NCBI RefSeq assembly: GCF_036321535.1
Contig: NC_087437.1
Span: 96,722,001-96,786,000 of the forward strand
Direction of reading: 5' to 3'
DNA length: 64,000 bases
Source: Camelus dromedarius
Taxonomy: Eukaryota
Shown piece by piece: positions 1 to 13,609 of the stretch. Within the stretch, counting starts at the first letter, position 1, and each line of letters starts with the position of its first letter. The translations under genes were made by a program, and so were the position numbers. Below the pieces are notes generated by a model. The model worked only from the letters and a program-made list of their open reading frames with translations, did not search any database and was not told where the DNA came from.

Positions 1-839
1 AATTCCATCTCTGTGGAAATAGTCACACAATTTTCTGCCTCACTTAAATTCAGATATTTAACTGGGTAGGGACATGCTACTCTAATTAATAAAGTAGCAT
101 TTTGGAGCAATGTTGAGAACTTATCACAACTAAGTGAATCCATGTCAGTCTATGTGCTCCCTCTAGGCAGAACTGAACTGTGCGTATATTTGTCATAAGT
201 GTATGTGATATACAGAGAATCTGAATTATTAGACCTGAAGAAAATGTCAAATTAAATACCACATTTTTGTACTTCAAGCAGTTATATTAAGGTGGCTAAT
301 TGTAAGTATAAAACATATTATATATATTCTTAATTTTCAAAAATAAAGATGAATCTTTTATTGTGTCATTTTATATATATTTATAATTTATGTATAATCA
401 GAATATTATTAAAAACTACTTTGATTGTAGATATTATAGAGTACAGACTCATTAAAATAAGAAGCCAGTACTTTGCCATGAGAATTTCACTAGCATAGGC
501 CGATTTTTAATTTTTTCTGTCTAGTTTATGTTTGAAAGAAATATTTTAAAATAATTCTATGTTGATAAGGGGGTAATTAAGTTTCTTTCCATGCCTGTCT
601 CCTACGAGTCTGTATCCTTTCAATAGTGTCTAAATTCCTTGAACTCTAAGAATACTAAAACCTTTGACATACAAATGGTTATTAAAATTATGGTACATCA
701 CTACATTTCTTTATCCAATCATGATATATCTCAACAACTTTTGGCCTTTTGTGATTTTATTTTTTTTATCCACTATTTGATTTGCTTTCTAGTACTTTCC
801 TAAAGAGAAAAAACAAGGATTTGCAAAAATATTAACTCT

Positions 840-1170
840 CAGGCTAGTCACAAAAGGACAGATACTCTAAGATTCCACTATGTAAGGTTTCTAGAGTATT
901 CAGAATCATAGCGACAAAAAATAGAATTGTGGCTGCCAGGGCCTGAGGGAAGGAGAGATTGGGGAGTTATTATTTAATGAGTACAGTGTTTCAGTTTTGT
1001 AAATTAAAAAAGTTCTGGAGATGGGTGGTGATTGGTGATAGTTGCACAACAATGTGAATGTACTTAATACACTGAGCTGTACATTTAAAAATAGTTAAAA
1101 TGGTAAATTTTATGTTTTGTCAAAATGATTTATTTTATGGTGTATTTTATATTTTACCATGACTAAAAAT
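840..1170 (+). mobile_element. L1 3' end (L1MB-like)
   Basis: Typical motifs ...gttctggagatgggtggtga...tgcacaacaatgtgaatgtacttaat...aaaatggtaaattttatg. Confidence 0.85.
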
Positions 1171-1249
1171 ACTAATTTGTATGTTGTCTTTTAAAAGTAG
1201 CTCAACCACTGTTTACTACAGAAAATGATTAAAAACTAAAAAAGTATAA

Positions 1250-1800
1250 AGAGAAAATTCATACAACTCATGATCTCACCATTCAAGAAATAAACACTTT
1301 TTCCAAGTATTTCCATTTTTCTCCACATACTGCTTTATGGCTGAAAGCTTAATATTTATGATTTTGTATCCTGCTTTTCTTCCACTTAGTGTTGAAAAAT
1401 AAAACTTTCCTGTGTCATTAAACCTATAAACATCATTTTATGTAGTTTGTGATATTATATAGTATGGATATACTACATTTACTTAATATTCTCATATTAT
1501 TGGACATTCAGTTTATTTTCAGAATTATTCTGGACATATTTCATAATATTCTTTGTTTTGTTTTATGAACAACACAGTCTGGAACATATTTTTCTATAAG
1601 CCATTGAGAACATTTTTCATTTCTTCATTAGAATATAAGTGTTTGCTTAAATAGATTGACTAGCTGACTCAAAGGACATGAACATTTTTAAGGTTTTTAA
1701 TATGCATTGCAAAAATGTTTCTCAGAAAAACAGAAAACACTTCCACTCTCACCAGCTGTGAATAAGAGTGTCTATTTCACTAATGCTTTTATATATAGAA
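1250..1800 (-). mobile_element. Old L1 fragment (L1ME-like)
   Basis: Degenerate antisense ORF2/3' motifs (ttggacattcagttt..., ccactctcaccagctgtgaataagagtg). Confidence 0.6.
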
Positions 1801-2039
1801 AGTTCTCCCCATCCAGATATTTGATAAATTATTCAGTTCTCAGTATTTACTGCTTTGTTTGTGGTTTTACTTTTACATTTAACTATAAAAATCAAGATGT
1901 ATTTTCTATTTTAGTATAGAATGAGGTGAACATCTGAATTATTTTCCCCCAAACCCATCCAATTTTGATTTATTTGTAATTCTTCTTGTTATTACTATTT
2001 AAAAACATAAAGTTCCCTTTTAGTAGTTCCAACAATATA

Positions 2040-2250
2040 TTGACAATGACAATTACCAGACACAATGATTTGCTTTATATTTGCTATGCTAAGCATTTTA
2101 TATACAGGAACTTGGTGACGATCCTTTGGATTCTCGTTACCAAGTCCCCACTACCTTAAATCCCTTTACCAAATCAACCAGCTAGAAGTGGTAGAGTTGT
2201 GGTTCAAATCCAGATTTATCTGAATCTAGGACCTAAAGTCCTAAACTTCA
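2040..2250 (-). mobile_element. MIR
   Basis: ctagaagtggtagagttgtggttcaaatccaga core. Confidence 0.6.
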
Positions 2251-4124
2251 AGAAGCAATGTAGAATCATCACTTTGAAGAAACCAACTGGTCTCTTTAGT
2301 CTTGTTTTTCAAAGTTTTCCACAAAATGTTGGAGCAAATGATTTCTTGCAAAGTTACAAATATTAGCAGATGAAAGGGTCACTCAAAAATCCTTTAGACT
2401 GAAAGAGATAAACTCTTGAAAAGTGCAAGGTCTGTTTGGACATTCCTGACTCTAGTTCACCCCCATGGGACATTTTCTCTTCTGGAATTCCTTTCTTTCT
2501 TTTCTGCTTACCTTCTCCCTTCCATTCCCTTCAAGGCCTATCTGCTCATGAGGAATTTCCTGAGGTCTTTATGTCAGAGATAACTCTCCCTCCTTTTTAA
2601 TGCTTATTTTTGGGAGCACTCATTTGAAATTTATCCTGAGCTCTTTGAGGTTCTCACAGAGGACCACTGCTATGTCAGATCACTGATAGAACAAAGATGT
2701 TCAACTTTAGAAGGATGTCCTTGTTGGCTCAAAAATGCTCTAAGGCTCAAAAAGTCTTAGAGAATCTAGACTACTGATATCTGATCATGGGAAAGGATGC
2801 CCCTTGATTAGAGGCATGTGGGGCTGCTTTTTCTTCATAATCCAGAATGGCAGAATCAACTGTGACAACTGTTACCTGACTGGAGATACAGCCAGATTAC
2901 CCTTACTTTCCTTATATTCTATTAATTTGTATTTTTAAGAAAATCTCTATTTTGAGTTTACACGTTAGTAAATAGAATACATTTAAAATATTGTTCTGAA
3001 TTAAGAAGTCTTTCCCATATCATATATATCATGTTTATAACCTTTTCTATATGAAGGCAATATAAAGGGCTTCAGCTAGGTTATCACCATTCTATTCATA
3101 TAAATAAATAAAAAACCAAATTATTAGAAATACAGCCTTATGCCCATAGTATTTTTGACTATTAATTAGAGTGCAAGTCAAGAAGAAATTGAAAAAAATA
3201 TTTTAAAAAAATGGAATGCATCACATCTATTTAAAAATAATATTGAGCTCTTCAGATATATGTCCACAAAAAGTATTAAAATAAATAAAAGCATGCAGAG
3301 AGTATAATAAATACTATGAGAATCTTCAGGGGTTTATGTTTATTCCTGATATGTCTCATTTTTAAGTTTCCCTTTTCTTGTTAAGTAAATAATTTATACA
3401 AGAGGTCTAAAAGCCTTTTCAGGATAGGACAAAATGTTGTAAATGTTAAAAATTTCTCAATTTGTTTCAACTTAAGCAACACTTGGGTACTTTTATTGAA
3501 CTAATACTCTGGGATGATTGTGAAAGAAAACCATGGGCAATCTAATTCATATATACTTTATTTTCTTGGGTTGGTCTTAATAGCCATTGTATGTTATCCC
3601 TGATGGGGTCAAATAATCTTTTCATAAGTCAGTATTACCTCCCCCATCTATTTACTTTACCTTCCTTTTACATTAGAAGGTTTTCTGTTGTGGTTTTTTG
3701 TTTTTAACTCATTTCCTTTGAATGTAAAAGATGAAAGTTCATAGACACGAAGTCTGATTATTTTTCCACCTAACAGTTTTGAAATTAAATACAGATTCCA
3801 AGGCAATATTCTCACATTATAATAGCCATGCTTTGTTGGGTTTTGGTCTAATATGTTTTTATTTTAGCTCAGAAATCTAGACAAAATAATGTTCTCTTAA
3901 CTTGGTAATAAGATGAGGAAACATTATTGTGCATATGAGCTTAAATTAAATAAGATTGACAGCTGATTGATGTAGCTGTGGGCTTAAGAGGATCAAAAAG
4001 TCTTAGAGAATCTAGACCACTGATATCTGATCACAATTTTTGTAAATATAATTATAATGTATGAAGCTTAGCTGAGTTCATAAAGAGATATATTCTACCC
4101 GAGATTAACATTTTTCACTTTCAG

Positions 4125-4140
4125 GAACCCATGGAATTAG
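4125..4140 (+). pseudogene. Candidate 16-nt microexon (EPMEL+G)
   Basis: Acceptor ttaacatttttcactttcag; weak donor gttatg; phase 0->1 fits next candidate. Confidence 0.3.
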
Positions 4141-4194
4141 GTTATGCTTTGAACATACTTGCTCTCTATACATCTATATGATCTGAGCATTATT

Positions 4195-4380
4195 GACCAG
4201 CGTGGTGTAAGAGAAAAGGCAGGAGATTTGGAGACATGTGTATGGACAAATCCCCACTCTAATAGGTCCAGCAGTTTGGCTTTGGGCAAAGATCTTCTCT
4301 GTGAATCTCAGCTTCCTCATCTAGAGAATGCAGATAGAGTTTGCATTATAGGGCTACTGAAAGTATTACAGGTTGTATCA
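4195..4380 (+). mobile_element. MIR
   Basis: ctttgggcaaag...tctcagcttcctcatct core. Confidence 0.65.
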
Positions 4381-4891
4381 GGTCAAGTCACATTAACATG
4401 TATTTACAGATTAAAAAGTTCAAATATTGGTGATTTTGTATGATTCGACCTAGTGTATATGAATGAAAGTACTATCTGATGTCATTGGTGACTATTGGTA
4501 TTAACATCGCTATTACCAGGAGCTGGACTTTCAAAGACAAATATGACGGACTTTTCAGTGGCTGGGAGTCATATGTATATAAAGATGGTGAAAAGTGTGC
4601 TATTGACAGCTAACAGTGAAGCCCTTTCAGTTTGTTTTGCTGTGTTTTTAAAGAAGAGACATAGATTTATGTGTGGATCTAATTTGCTGGAGCATCACGA
4701 TCTGACAAAGCAAATTAATCTAAAGTGTAAAACTCTGTGGGTGAAAAACAACATATTAAAACATGGATAGTGAAAGGCAACATAAATAAATAAATAAATC
4801 ATAGTATTAATACTGGATATGGATCAGGTTATATTTCAAATGTATGAATGCACAGTGCTAACATAAAGTCACTTAGCACATTTGGTTTCAG

Positions 4892-4908
4892 TTTCCTGTT
4901 ATGTTAAG
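4892..4908 (+). pseudogene. Candidate 17-nt microexon (VSCYVK)
   Basis: tttggtttcag|TTTCCTGTTATGTTAAG|gtaaga; phase 1->0. Confidence 0.35.
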
Positions 4909-6957
4909 GTAAGAGATCACTGTCTGCTTTTCGAACTATGGTCTTTGGGCTGCGGGTGGGGACCTGTGATACTGGAGAAACCCAGTAGGCTCAGCTTAGA
5001 TAATCCAGCCCGTCAGTTACAGCAAGGTACATTTTTAAGCATTTGTATATACTGGGGTTCTTTTAACAAATACGCTGTTAAAAATTGTTTGAAAACTACT
5101 GGCCTATATTTTTTAGCCCCTTCTAACTCTAAAATCCATTGATTTTTATGATTCTGCCCAATATCAACATTGTTAAATGTCATCCTAGAATATAATTTGC
5201 ATAGAGTTGTTTTAATCCTGGGTGGTTATAGGTTAAGTATTTCTTGATCCTTCAGTGACCTTTCAGGAGACATTCCAAGGAGACAGAGTTAAAATGGAGT
5301 GTTCTCTTAAAATATCAAAGGCAAGGAAAAGATGTAATCACTAATACCACGTTAAATTTCTGTGCTTCCCATAAATCCCATACGTGTACACAAAGGCTCT
5401 TTCATTACAAATTGGTCACACGTTTTAGAAGTGACACCACTAATAACAACCCCTAAATGATATTAATCATGTTTAAAGAAAAGAGGGTTCGCTTTAGTAA
5501 AACATTAGCTAACTCTTGTTAAATTGATTTTGGCCTTCTTGGTTAATTGATTTTAAACACTATTTCCTTAGAGCTTTTATGATGAGCTGCACTGGAGGGA
5601 AATGACAAGATTTCTCCTGAAATACTGGCTAGGAATATGTTTCCCTTTTTTGCTTAAATGAGTACTTTCTTTTTTTAAGAGACTTTTTTTTTAGGTAGAA
5701 ATTTTAATATGTAAAAATGATACAATTTAGAAAGCAAATATCTATCTTTCAGATAGGTTTATTAGAATTCACTAGATATTTATGATTATAATCTATGATT
5801 TTTTGATACTATAAACATGACAAATTTAATAATAGAAACATAACAGGGTGAAAGGTTCACAATTCAGCAAAAGTCTAAGAAAGTAGGAATGGAAATATCA
5901 ATTAAGGCTCTGCTTGTTCACTTAGGCTTCCCAGCCCCAGTCTCTCTCTTTTTAATGGCCACCATCAACCCACAACTCCTTTGCCTCTCTGTGATAATAG
6001 AATAAAACTTAGGTGGTCCTTTGACCACCCTCAGGCTCCAGCTGCCCCGACTGTTCACTCCCTTAACAAAACCAGGTCTTGTCTGATGTAGCACCTCACA
6101 GTTTAATTGAAACGGCAACTTCATTGTTTACAGCCAGAGGAATCTGATGTTGAAAACTCCCAACCCAGTATCATGTTCTCAGGGGTTTCACATCTGAGAC
6201 AGTGAGTGTGAAAACTGCTGGTATCTGTATCACAGGGTTGCAGCTCCGTTTAGCGTCTGGTACTCATGTGCAGTTCACCTTGTGACTATCTCAGTCAGCT
6301 CCTTATTCAAGCACAGCTCTAGCTGGGGAAGGACTGAATTCCATTGTCTGCTATTGTGAGCATAATCAGAGTTTTACCAGGGTCTTCCCGTGGACAAATT
6401 ACCTAAGTTGCTTGGGAGAGAGGAATGTCAAATGAAAAAGCAATCCATTAGGTGGTTCTGTAGGGAATGCTGAATGAGAGACAGGGCCATTTAGCAGCCA
6501 TTATAAAACTTTAATGCATTAAAAGTTTAGGGTCTGTCAGACCAAATGTTTATACCCTCTAAAATCGAGGCTCAAAAACTAAAAAAAATAAGATTTCACA
6601 TAACTCTAATTACCCTGAAAGTATTTGGGCAGACCTCACTGAAAGGAAATTAACCATAGAGAAACTAATGTTTATCAAAATACTAAACCTGGGTAACTGA
6701 TATTACAGAATGTTCCAGGTTACTGGAAATGTAAAAAAATTCAGCTTTTAGAAACACTATTCCTAACTACACCTCCTCAGTTCCCACAGTCTTGCATATC
6801 ACAGTCCAAGTATATTCCTGAGGCATCAATATTACAAAATTTGTTTTAAGTTTAGTCTCTTAAAATAGTCCATACTTACTAGGGATACAGAGGTTATACA
6901 TTAACCCAACAGGAAGGAAGCAACAATGTGCTTTATCTAGTCTACTTTTCCTTACAG

Positions 6958-7027
6958 GTTTCATGTTTTTCATTTATGTCTCGAGCCTTAAATGCATGAG
7001 ATTCAGGTTCACTGTTTCTTGAACTGT
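6958..7027 (+). pseudogene. Candidate 70-nt exon VSCFSFMSRALNA*DSGSLFLEL
   Basis: Strong acceptor tctacttttccttacag and donor gtaagt; one in-frame TGA; phase 0->1. Confidence 0.5.
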
Positions 7028-7689
7028 GTAAGTATTATCATTTTATCAAGAGTTATAATTTATGTTTAACTATATGATTTCAAAAATAACTTCACAAAGT
7101 TATGCTTGCTTTCTCTTTTAGCTTCAAGACCACATTTTCCTTTGCACCCTACTCTAAGAATCATGCCTTTTCAATTATAAGCCTAAGTCAATGGGAAAAT
7201 ATAATTTAGTTAGTAGAAATTACCTTGATAGCCAATCTTTCAGAAACACATCTATCTTATAAATTAAGGTGCACCCATAATCTAATTTATTTTATCATTA
7301 TTTTTCTACTTTCCTCTAAAAATATTTCAATTCTTATTAGATTAGTGATGTGAAGCCTAGTGACTGCAAATAGTATTAAGACACTAATCTTGGCTAATGC
7401 TTAAAGACAAAGGTATTTTATAGACATTTGTATTTCTTGTTCTTAAATGAATATAGCTTTAGTCAACCATATTTTCTAATTCTTACTTTAACACCTGAAA
7501 TCAAACTAGAAACATTTCTAAAAAAAGTTGTGCTATTAAAGTAATTGAAATCAGGTAGTAACAGAAATCTGCAAATGCCAAAGTGGAATTAATCAAAATC
7601 TGCCCATACAAAGGGAAGTAGGGCTCATTTGGATTTAGGAAGATGCCCCAGTAAGTAATCCACAGGAGATGATCTCAGGAAAACCTGGG

Positions 7690-7810
7690 TTGACTGAAGT
7701 AAAGATTACCAGGAATTGTCATGGGCATTTGAATTCAGTATTTCTGGGCTATGTTTTTAAAAGTTTATAGGGTAATTCTGGTAATCAGTCAAATTTGGTA
7801 ACCATTGATT
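7690..7810. mobile_element. MER5-like hAT-Charlie fragment
   Basis: ggtaattctggtaatcagtcaaatttggtaaccattg terminal motif. Confidence 0.45.
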
Positions 7811-8579
7811 TATCAGCTTCCATGAGACTGATTTTGACAATGAAAGCTTCTCACCCAACTGTTCTCTTTATATCCACCCACATAACTGACCATTATCAGG
7901 TAACTCTTCAAGTTACAACAGAAGAGACATACTATTTCCAGAGGACTAAATTCATATATATTATTCAAATCTGTTTGATAGTGTCTTAGAATCATTTGAC
8001 TTTTGTTGCTTTTTTAACATGAACTTGATATCAGAAAAGCTAATTTTCATACAGGAAGCTTCATGAAGTCTTAAAGTAGAAAGTTAACAAAAGAGATAAG
8101 ATTCTAACTACAAACTTGCCAATTTCCATTTTTTGGTATCTCTATGTTATGAAGTCTTGTATCTTGAAATGAAAAGTAATTATAGCATATGCAGTAGTAG
8201 ACCCTGAGATACAGAAAACCACAGTGTAAACTATGCATATTCTTGAAGTATCAAATTTATTTATATTTTATTTATATTATAATGATCATAAATATATTAT
8301 AAAGTAAAATATTTCATATATTCATATATCCTTCACATAGTCATATGGAGATGAGAGCATTCTATAAGAACATATAATAAATATATATGTATGTATACAT
8401 ATATTCATATATGCATTCTTAGAGAAAAAGATGAATACATTTCAAAAAATCTCAAGTCTACATTAAGTTGCTTTAAGTTGGCTGTAGATATCTCTCATTT
8501 TTATACCGTGCTACCACGTGATGAATCTATTCATTATTTTTGAAATCTAGGTGAAAAATCTTTTGGTTGAAATTTCAAA

Positions 8580-9000
8580 ATAAGGTTTTTAGCAAGAAAC
8601 AGATGGCACACTGATATTTTGAGTCTAATAAAGGAACTGTTTACAAAAGTAAACGCAAAGTTTAAGGAAAATTATCCTGGTCTAGTCACAAGGAAGAGCT
8701 ATACCATCCCTAAGCCTGAAAAAGGTAGCTGTTGAAGATGTCCAGCTGACCAGATTGTGCCCTCTGGTAGAGGGCTAGAGGAATGCAGCCAACTCAGGTC
8801 AATGTGGCAGGAAGGGAGTCTGATAAAAAAATTCCCAAGTTCACCTCTCCCTGCTTTATAATCACTTGCAAGTGTCCCAAGTGGCCAAACTCAAGTAGAA
8901 GCCAAGCAGTTGATGTTGTCCAAATGGGTCACTCCCAAGGCACAGAACAGGGGGGAGCGTGGTGATGGATCTTGAAGAGCAAGCAAGAAGATACCCACAG
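8580..9000 (-). mobile_element. Old ERVL-class LTR (LTR33/LTR16-like)
   Basis: aagaaacagatggcacac...aataaaggaactgtttacaaa... ending gaagatacccaca. Confidence 0.55.
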
Positions 9001-9064
9001 CAGAGAACAAATCCTTCTGATGCTACTAACACGTGTACCTATTTTGACTTGCTTGTAAAAATAT

Positions 9065-9790
9065 CCATTCATTGATCTGACAAATATTTATTGAGTACCT
9101 ACTATGGATGAGTGCCTATGCAAGGCACTAAAGATACAATAGTGAACAAATCACACCATATTTTTATATTCATAGGGTTTTCATTTTCTATGTAAACAGG
9201 TAAAGAGAGAAAGAAGGAATTTTAGGTGCTATAGGTTTTGTAAAGAAAATAGTGCATTTTGAAGTATAAAGAGCGACTGGCTCATGGGTATCAGTGCTGT
9301 TTTAGCTAAGAGTTCAGGGAAGGTCTCTGTGAAATACACAAGAACTGAGAGGAGCCAGTTATGGGATAATTTGAAGAAGAATGTCTTAGGAAGAAGAAAC
9401 AGCAGATGCAAAGGTCCTGAGACTGGAACAAGCTTAGTGTATTCAAGGAAGAAAACAAGGGGCCAAGAAGAAGATAGTAAGATAGGGGAGTCTGATGGGA
9501 GTTGAGGTGGAAGTGGCAGGATGTGGTCTGCTCATGCAGGGAATTGTGGTTTATCATGAAGAGTATTTCTTTCATCATAAAAGTAAAGATGTCTTTGGAA
9601 GTTTTAAGAAGGAAAGTTGTGATTTAACTTTTCTTTTAAAAAGCTTCTTCTGGCTATTCTTACTTTGAGAGGAGAAGCAGAAATCAGGAAACTATTTCAG
9701 TAGTCTACACAAAGGATCATAGTGGTGTGTGCTGGTGTAGGAGGAGACAGTGAGGAGGATCAGGTTCTGCATATGTATTGAACGTCATTC
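9065..9790 (-). mobile_element. L2 3' portion
   Basis: cattcatt...caaatatttattgagtacctactatg, then tgcaaaggtcctgag motifs. Confidence 0.85.
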
Positions 9791-11339
9791 CTGTGTGGGT
9801 ATTTCAATTTTATTTATTTATTTATAAAATGAATTTTGAATAATCAAACTGCTTCATTTCCCATTTCTGTAATCAACCAAGTTTAGTGAAAACAACTTAG
9901 GACCAAACTTAAAAACTGATCCTTCACTGAGCTTTCTCATGATTCTTGCATAAACAGTTTATGGTAATCAAATTAATTGGATTCTGAATTTATACCAATT
10001 AAACTTAAAAGCTGAATAGATCTGTGAACTGAGATCTAATTTTGTTATAAGATTAATTTTTTATTAGTAATTGTTTAGTAAAGGTATATACTTTTAGAAT
10101 AAATCTTTTTGTAAAATGATTTTATACTTTAGATTTGTTAGCAAAGCAACAATCAAATTGTGAAGACCAATATGAATACCATCATATTGTATTTAAACAT
10201 AGTTTCTGAAATAGCCTGATAATTTAAATACAATTCTTATGCAGGAAGAAATGAGAATTACCAAGAATATAAAAATCTCTGGATTAGAGTTTTATTTTTA
10301 ATTGTTTAAAAATTGGGTTTAATTTTTTGTTAAAAAGTTTATCCTAAATTTTAAATGTTAGTTTGATTGAAGGTGATTTACTCAAAGGGAAAAATCAGTA
10401 TTTCTCAGTATTTGAGTAAAGTTATCAGTAGAGTGAGCACAAATATTCACTAATTCTGAATTCTTGGTCCACAGTTTAACATTAATAATAACAGCAATAA
10501 CTACCATTATCATGTTTATTATGAACCAGTTTCTAATCCAGGTCCTTTAAACAAATTACCTGGCTTAGTCATACTTCTTTGAAGTAAGTGTTAATTTATC
10601 CTCCTTGGAGTGAGGGAATTGATCACACAGCCATATGCTTTAGTGTCCTTACTGCTGATTTTATTATAATGTATTTATCATCACTTTTTAGTGGATTAAC
10701 ATCCAAAGAAAAGGAAAAAAGTGAACGATAGTTTACACATCCACTTAGAAAATATTTATTAAATTTCTACATGTGTTATGCGTATTTCCAGGTGCTAAGG
10801 ATAAAGTACTGAACAAAACAAGAAAAAAAAAGTCTCAACTTTTGTGGAATTTCCCCAATCGGTCCCTTTAAATTTTCTGTTTAGTTTTCATTCTCTTTTC
10901 CTTCTGGATGATTTCACACAAATCTGTAACAAGACTCTAATATTTATATCCCTATCTCAACAGATGTTCTCCAATTCTATATCTCTAGCTTAGATCTGAC
11001 AGATAGAAAAATTAAAAGCAACAAATGTCTTTCTGAAACCATGAGTAACTTTGTATGGTTTATGTTTTTTAAGCTGTTCTGTAGTCATTTCTTTCCAGAA
11101 TAGGTTTTCTTACAGTTTATATTCTTAGAGATCATGGCAGAGATTTTATCTGTTTCATTAATTACTATAACTTCAGTGCCTAGAAATTTTCTTGGCTCGA
11201 CTTTGGTAATAACTGTTAACAACTGTTTTTAGACAAGCACTGTGTTATCTGCATATAAGATACATCATCTTTTTGGATACAAAGGAGCTGAAATCTCAAT
11301 CAAATATATTCTTTTTCCTTTTTTGTGTGTCTCTATCAG

Positions 11340-11368
11340 TAAACTCATCATTCTCCCAATTTACAAAG
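11340..11368 (+). pseudogene. Candidate 29-nt exon (L)NSSFSQFTK with destroyed donor
   Basis: Long pyrimidine tract ending tctctatcag; ends AAG|gaaaga, one base from gtaaga; phase 1->0. Confidence 0.4.
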
Positions 11369-12009
11369 GAAAGAAATTTGGAGTTAGCATTGACATACGT
11401 TTGTCCCTCACCTTACCTTTCTAATTGGTCACAAATTGTGTACTTTTTACCACCTTTATAATCTCTTTGGAATGTACATCAGTTACACACATGCATGCAG
11501 CCATGAGAGTACTCAAAGATGGATGCTACAACTGATTTCACTTTAGAAAATCAAGTTCTATATATGAACACTTGTTCTCAAATAAAAAGATATTACTCTG
11601 TGTTCTATATTTATAGTCTCAGTTGATTTTTTTTTTTTTTTGTAACACCAATTGTGCAAAGGCCATATTTAATTTAATTCGGATTTTTGGTTGTTTTAGA
11701 TGGCAAGTTCAAGAAACCAAACTTTCCTACTATTTTTACCCCTCAGGAAAAAGTTCATAGAGTAATATTCTTAAAACACAATGATGCTATAATTTTGACA
11801 AAGTGTGCTAGAAGCACCAGGGACTTGGACTTGATCTTTCTGACAGTGTCCTGATTGGGGGCAAAAAAAATGAGCTACAATATGAAAATTTTTAAAAATA
11901 TGGAATTTTAGCATAAACCATATATTCTGGTAATAATATATATCAGATTGGATTAATTCATGAAATGTTTAAATCCATCTAAAGTAATGTTTGGGATAAT
12001 TTCTTAGGT

Positions 12010-12560
12010 AGTAAATGTAAATATTCTAATGTAATTAGCAAAGCCCATTTGGAGAGTAATTTTAGAATTGACTAAAATTGTAAAAAAATTAAGGTGTATA
12101 CGCTCAGACCCAGTGATTTCTCTTCTAGGAATGTATCTTATAGAAATGTATATATCACAGATATGCTTAAAGGTATGCCTACAAAGATACTGAGGGATAT
12201 TTTGCAGTAGAGAAAATTGGATCAAACTTAAAATACAGAGGTATAGAAAAGGTAAATTATGATATATACCCAGCATGGAATACCATGAAGCTACTTTAAA
12301 GAGTAATAAATTTGCATGTCCCAGCATGAACATATTTTGAAGACCTTTTATTTAAAAAGCAAGTTGCAGAATAAAATCTTTAGTAAAATCCCAAATTTTT
12401 AAAATAAACTGTAAATTGTATGTGTAAGTAAATTCAGAGAACACAGACTAAAAGGAAAACTATCAAAACATGGACAAAGGTGTAGTCTCAAAAACGTGGT
12501 TGGCATGGTGGATAGTATGAAGATGAGTGTTCATAATTTTGATATTTTATACAACCAAGA
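12010..12560 (+). mobile_element. Old L1 fragment (L1ME-like)
   Basis: gacccagtgatttctcttctaggaatgtatc...atggaataccatgaagc. Confidence 0.65.
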
Positions 12561-13580
12561 CTTGGTGGAAAAAACAGAAGAAAAAAATTTTAATGAAAGT
12601 TTAAAAAGCATGGACGTGTATTGAGTTTTTTTGTTCATAATACTATTACCTAAAAATAATACATTCATGTGCCATAAAATGATTATATAAAATATTAACT
12701 GTTATAAAATTACATCTTTCAACAATGGATTTGAGTTAGAGTACATATATTTCCTTATCCCTGGTTTTTAAGTTTCATTTGGAAGGAAACAATCCCCATT
12801 TTCTTCAACCTGGCTCTTCTAGCCATTGGCTATAGTTTTGTTCTCTCATAAGAACATTCCATGTGAATTAAAGAAAGTATAGTTTCTATTTTTGGATCTT
12901 GAATTAATTCATATCTATCTTTCATACAGCTATTGTTTTAAAGTTTTAGTAGATTGAGGTGGAAGTTTTTTTTGACCTTTTACTTAACCTTCAAATATTT
13001 TCCTCATTGTTCCTAAGCAGGTTATCTTTTTGAACTTTTTTAAAGTAATAAATATCTTAGAGCAATGATTAACTATACTTAATGATTACTTATTAATACT
13101 TACCTTTTTATATTTATATTTTTTCATATTTTTATAACATATACCTTTGTTAATTTTTATGATATTAGTTGAAACTTCTTTATTTCTCCTTTATAGTTTT
13201 TATTCTCTTAAGCTTAGGATTTAAGTGAAAAATTCAGATTATCTAAACCTAAACTATTTCGTTTCTTTTCTTCCCCCATCACACCGCATGGCCTTCTTCC
13301 TGATTTCCTTTTGCAACTTTCACAGGTATTTTCCTAAATGACTTTAAAAGTCTTACTTTGCTATAGCGTGTTTTATTTTTCTTTTGTTTTCCTCAAACTT
13401 GGATGCATATCAGAGCTTTTCATGGAAATTTTTAAATTATACAGCTTTCTTGACCTCCCCCTCCTCACCCCACCACACACACACATTTTATTATTAAATT
13501 TCCACCACCAACATTTGGCCAGTATATCTATCACATGAGTCTAGGTTTGATTTCTATATTCTTATTAATTCCATACATAG

Positions 13581-13609
13581 TCCTGATTAGATAATGCTTG
13601 AATCTTAAG
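13581..13609 (+). pseudogene. Candidate 29-nt exon S*LDNA*IL
   Basis: ttccatacatag acceptor, AAG|gtatag donor; two TGA; phase 0->2. Confidence 0.35.

Noticed and set aside
3868..3904. AG/GT-bounded 37-nt segment
   Set aside because: Its only open frame does not join the 4125 candidate in phase; left out of the model.
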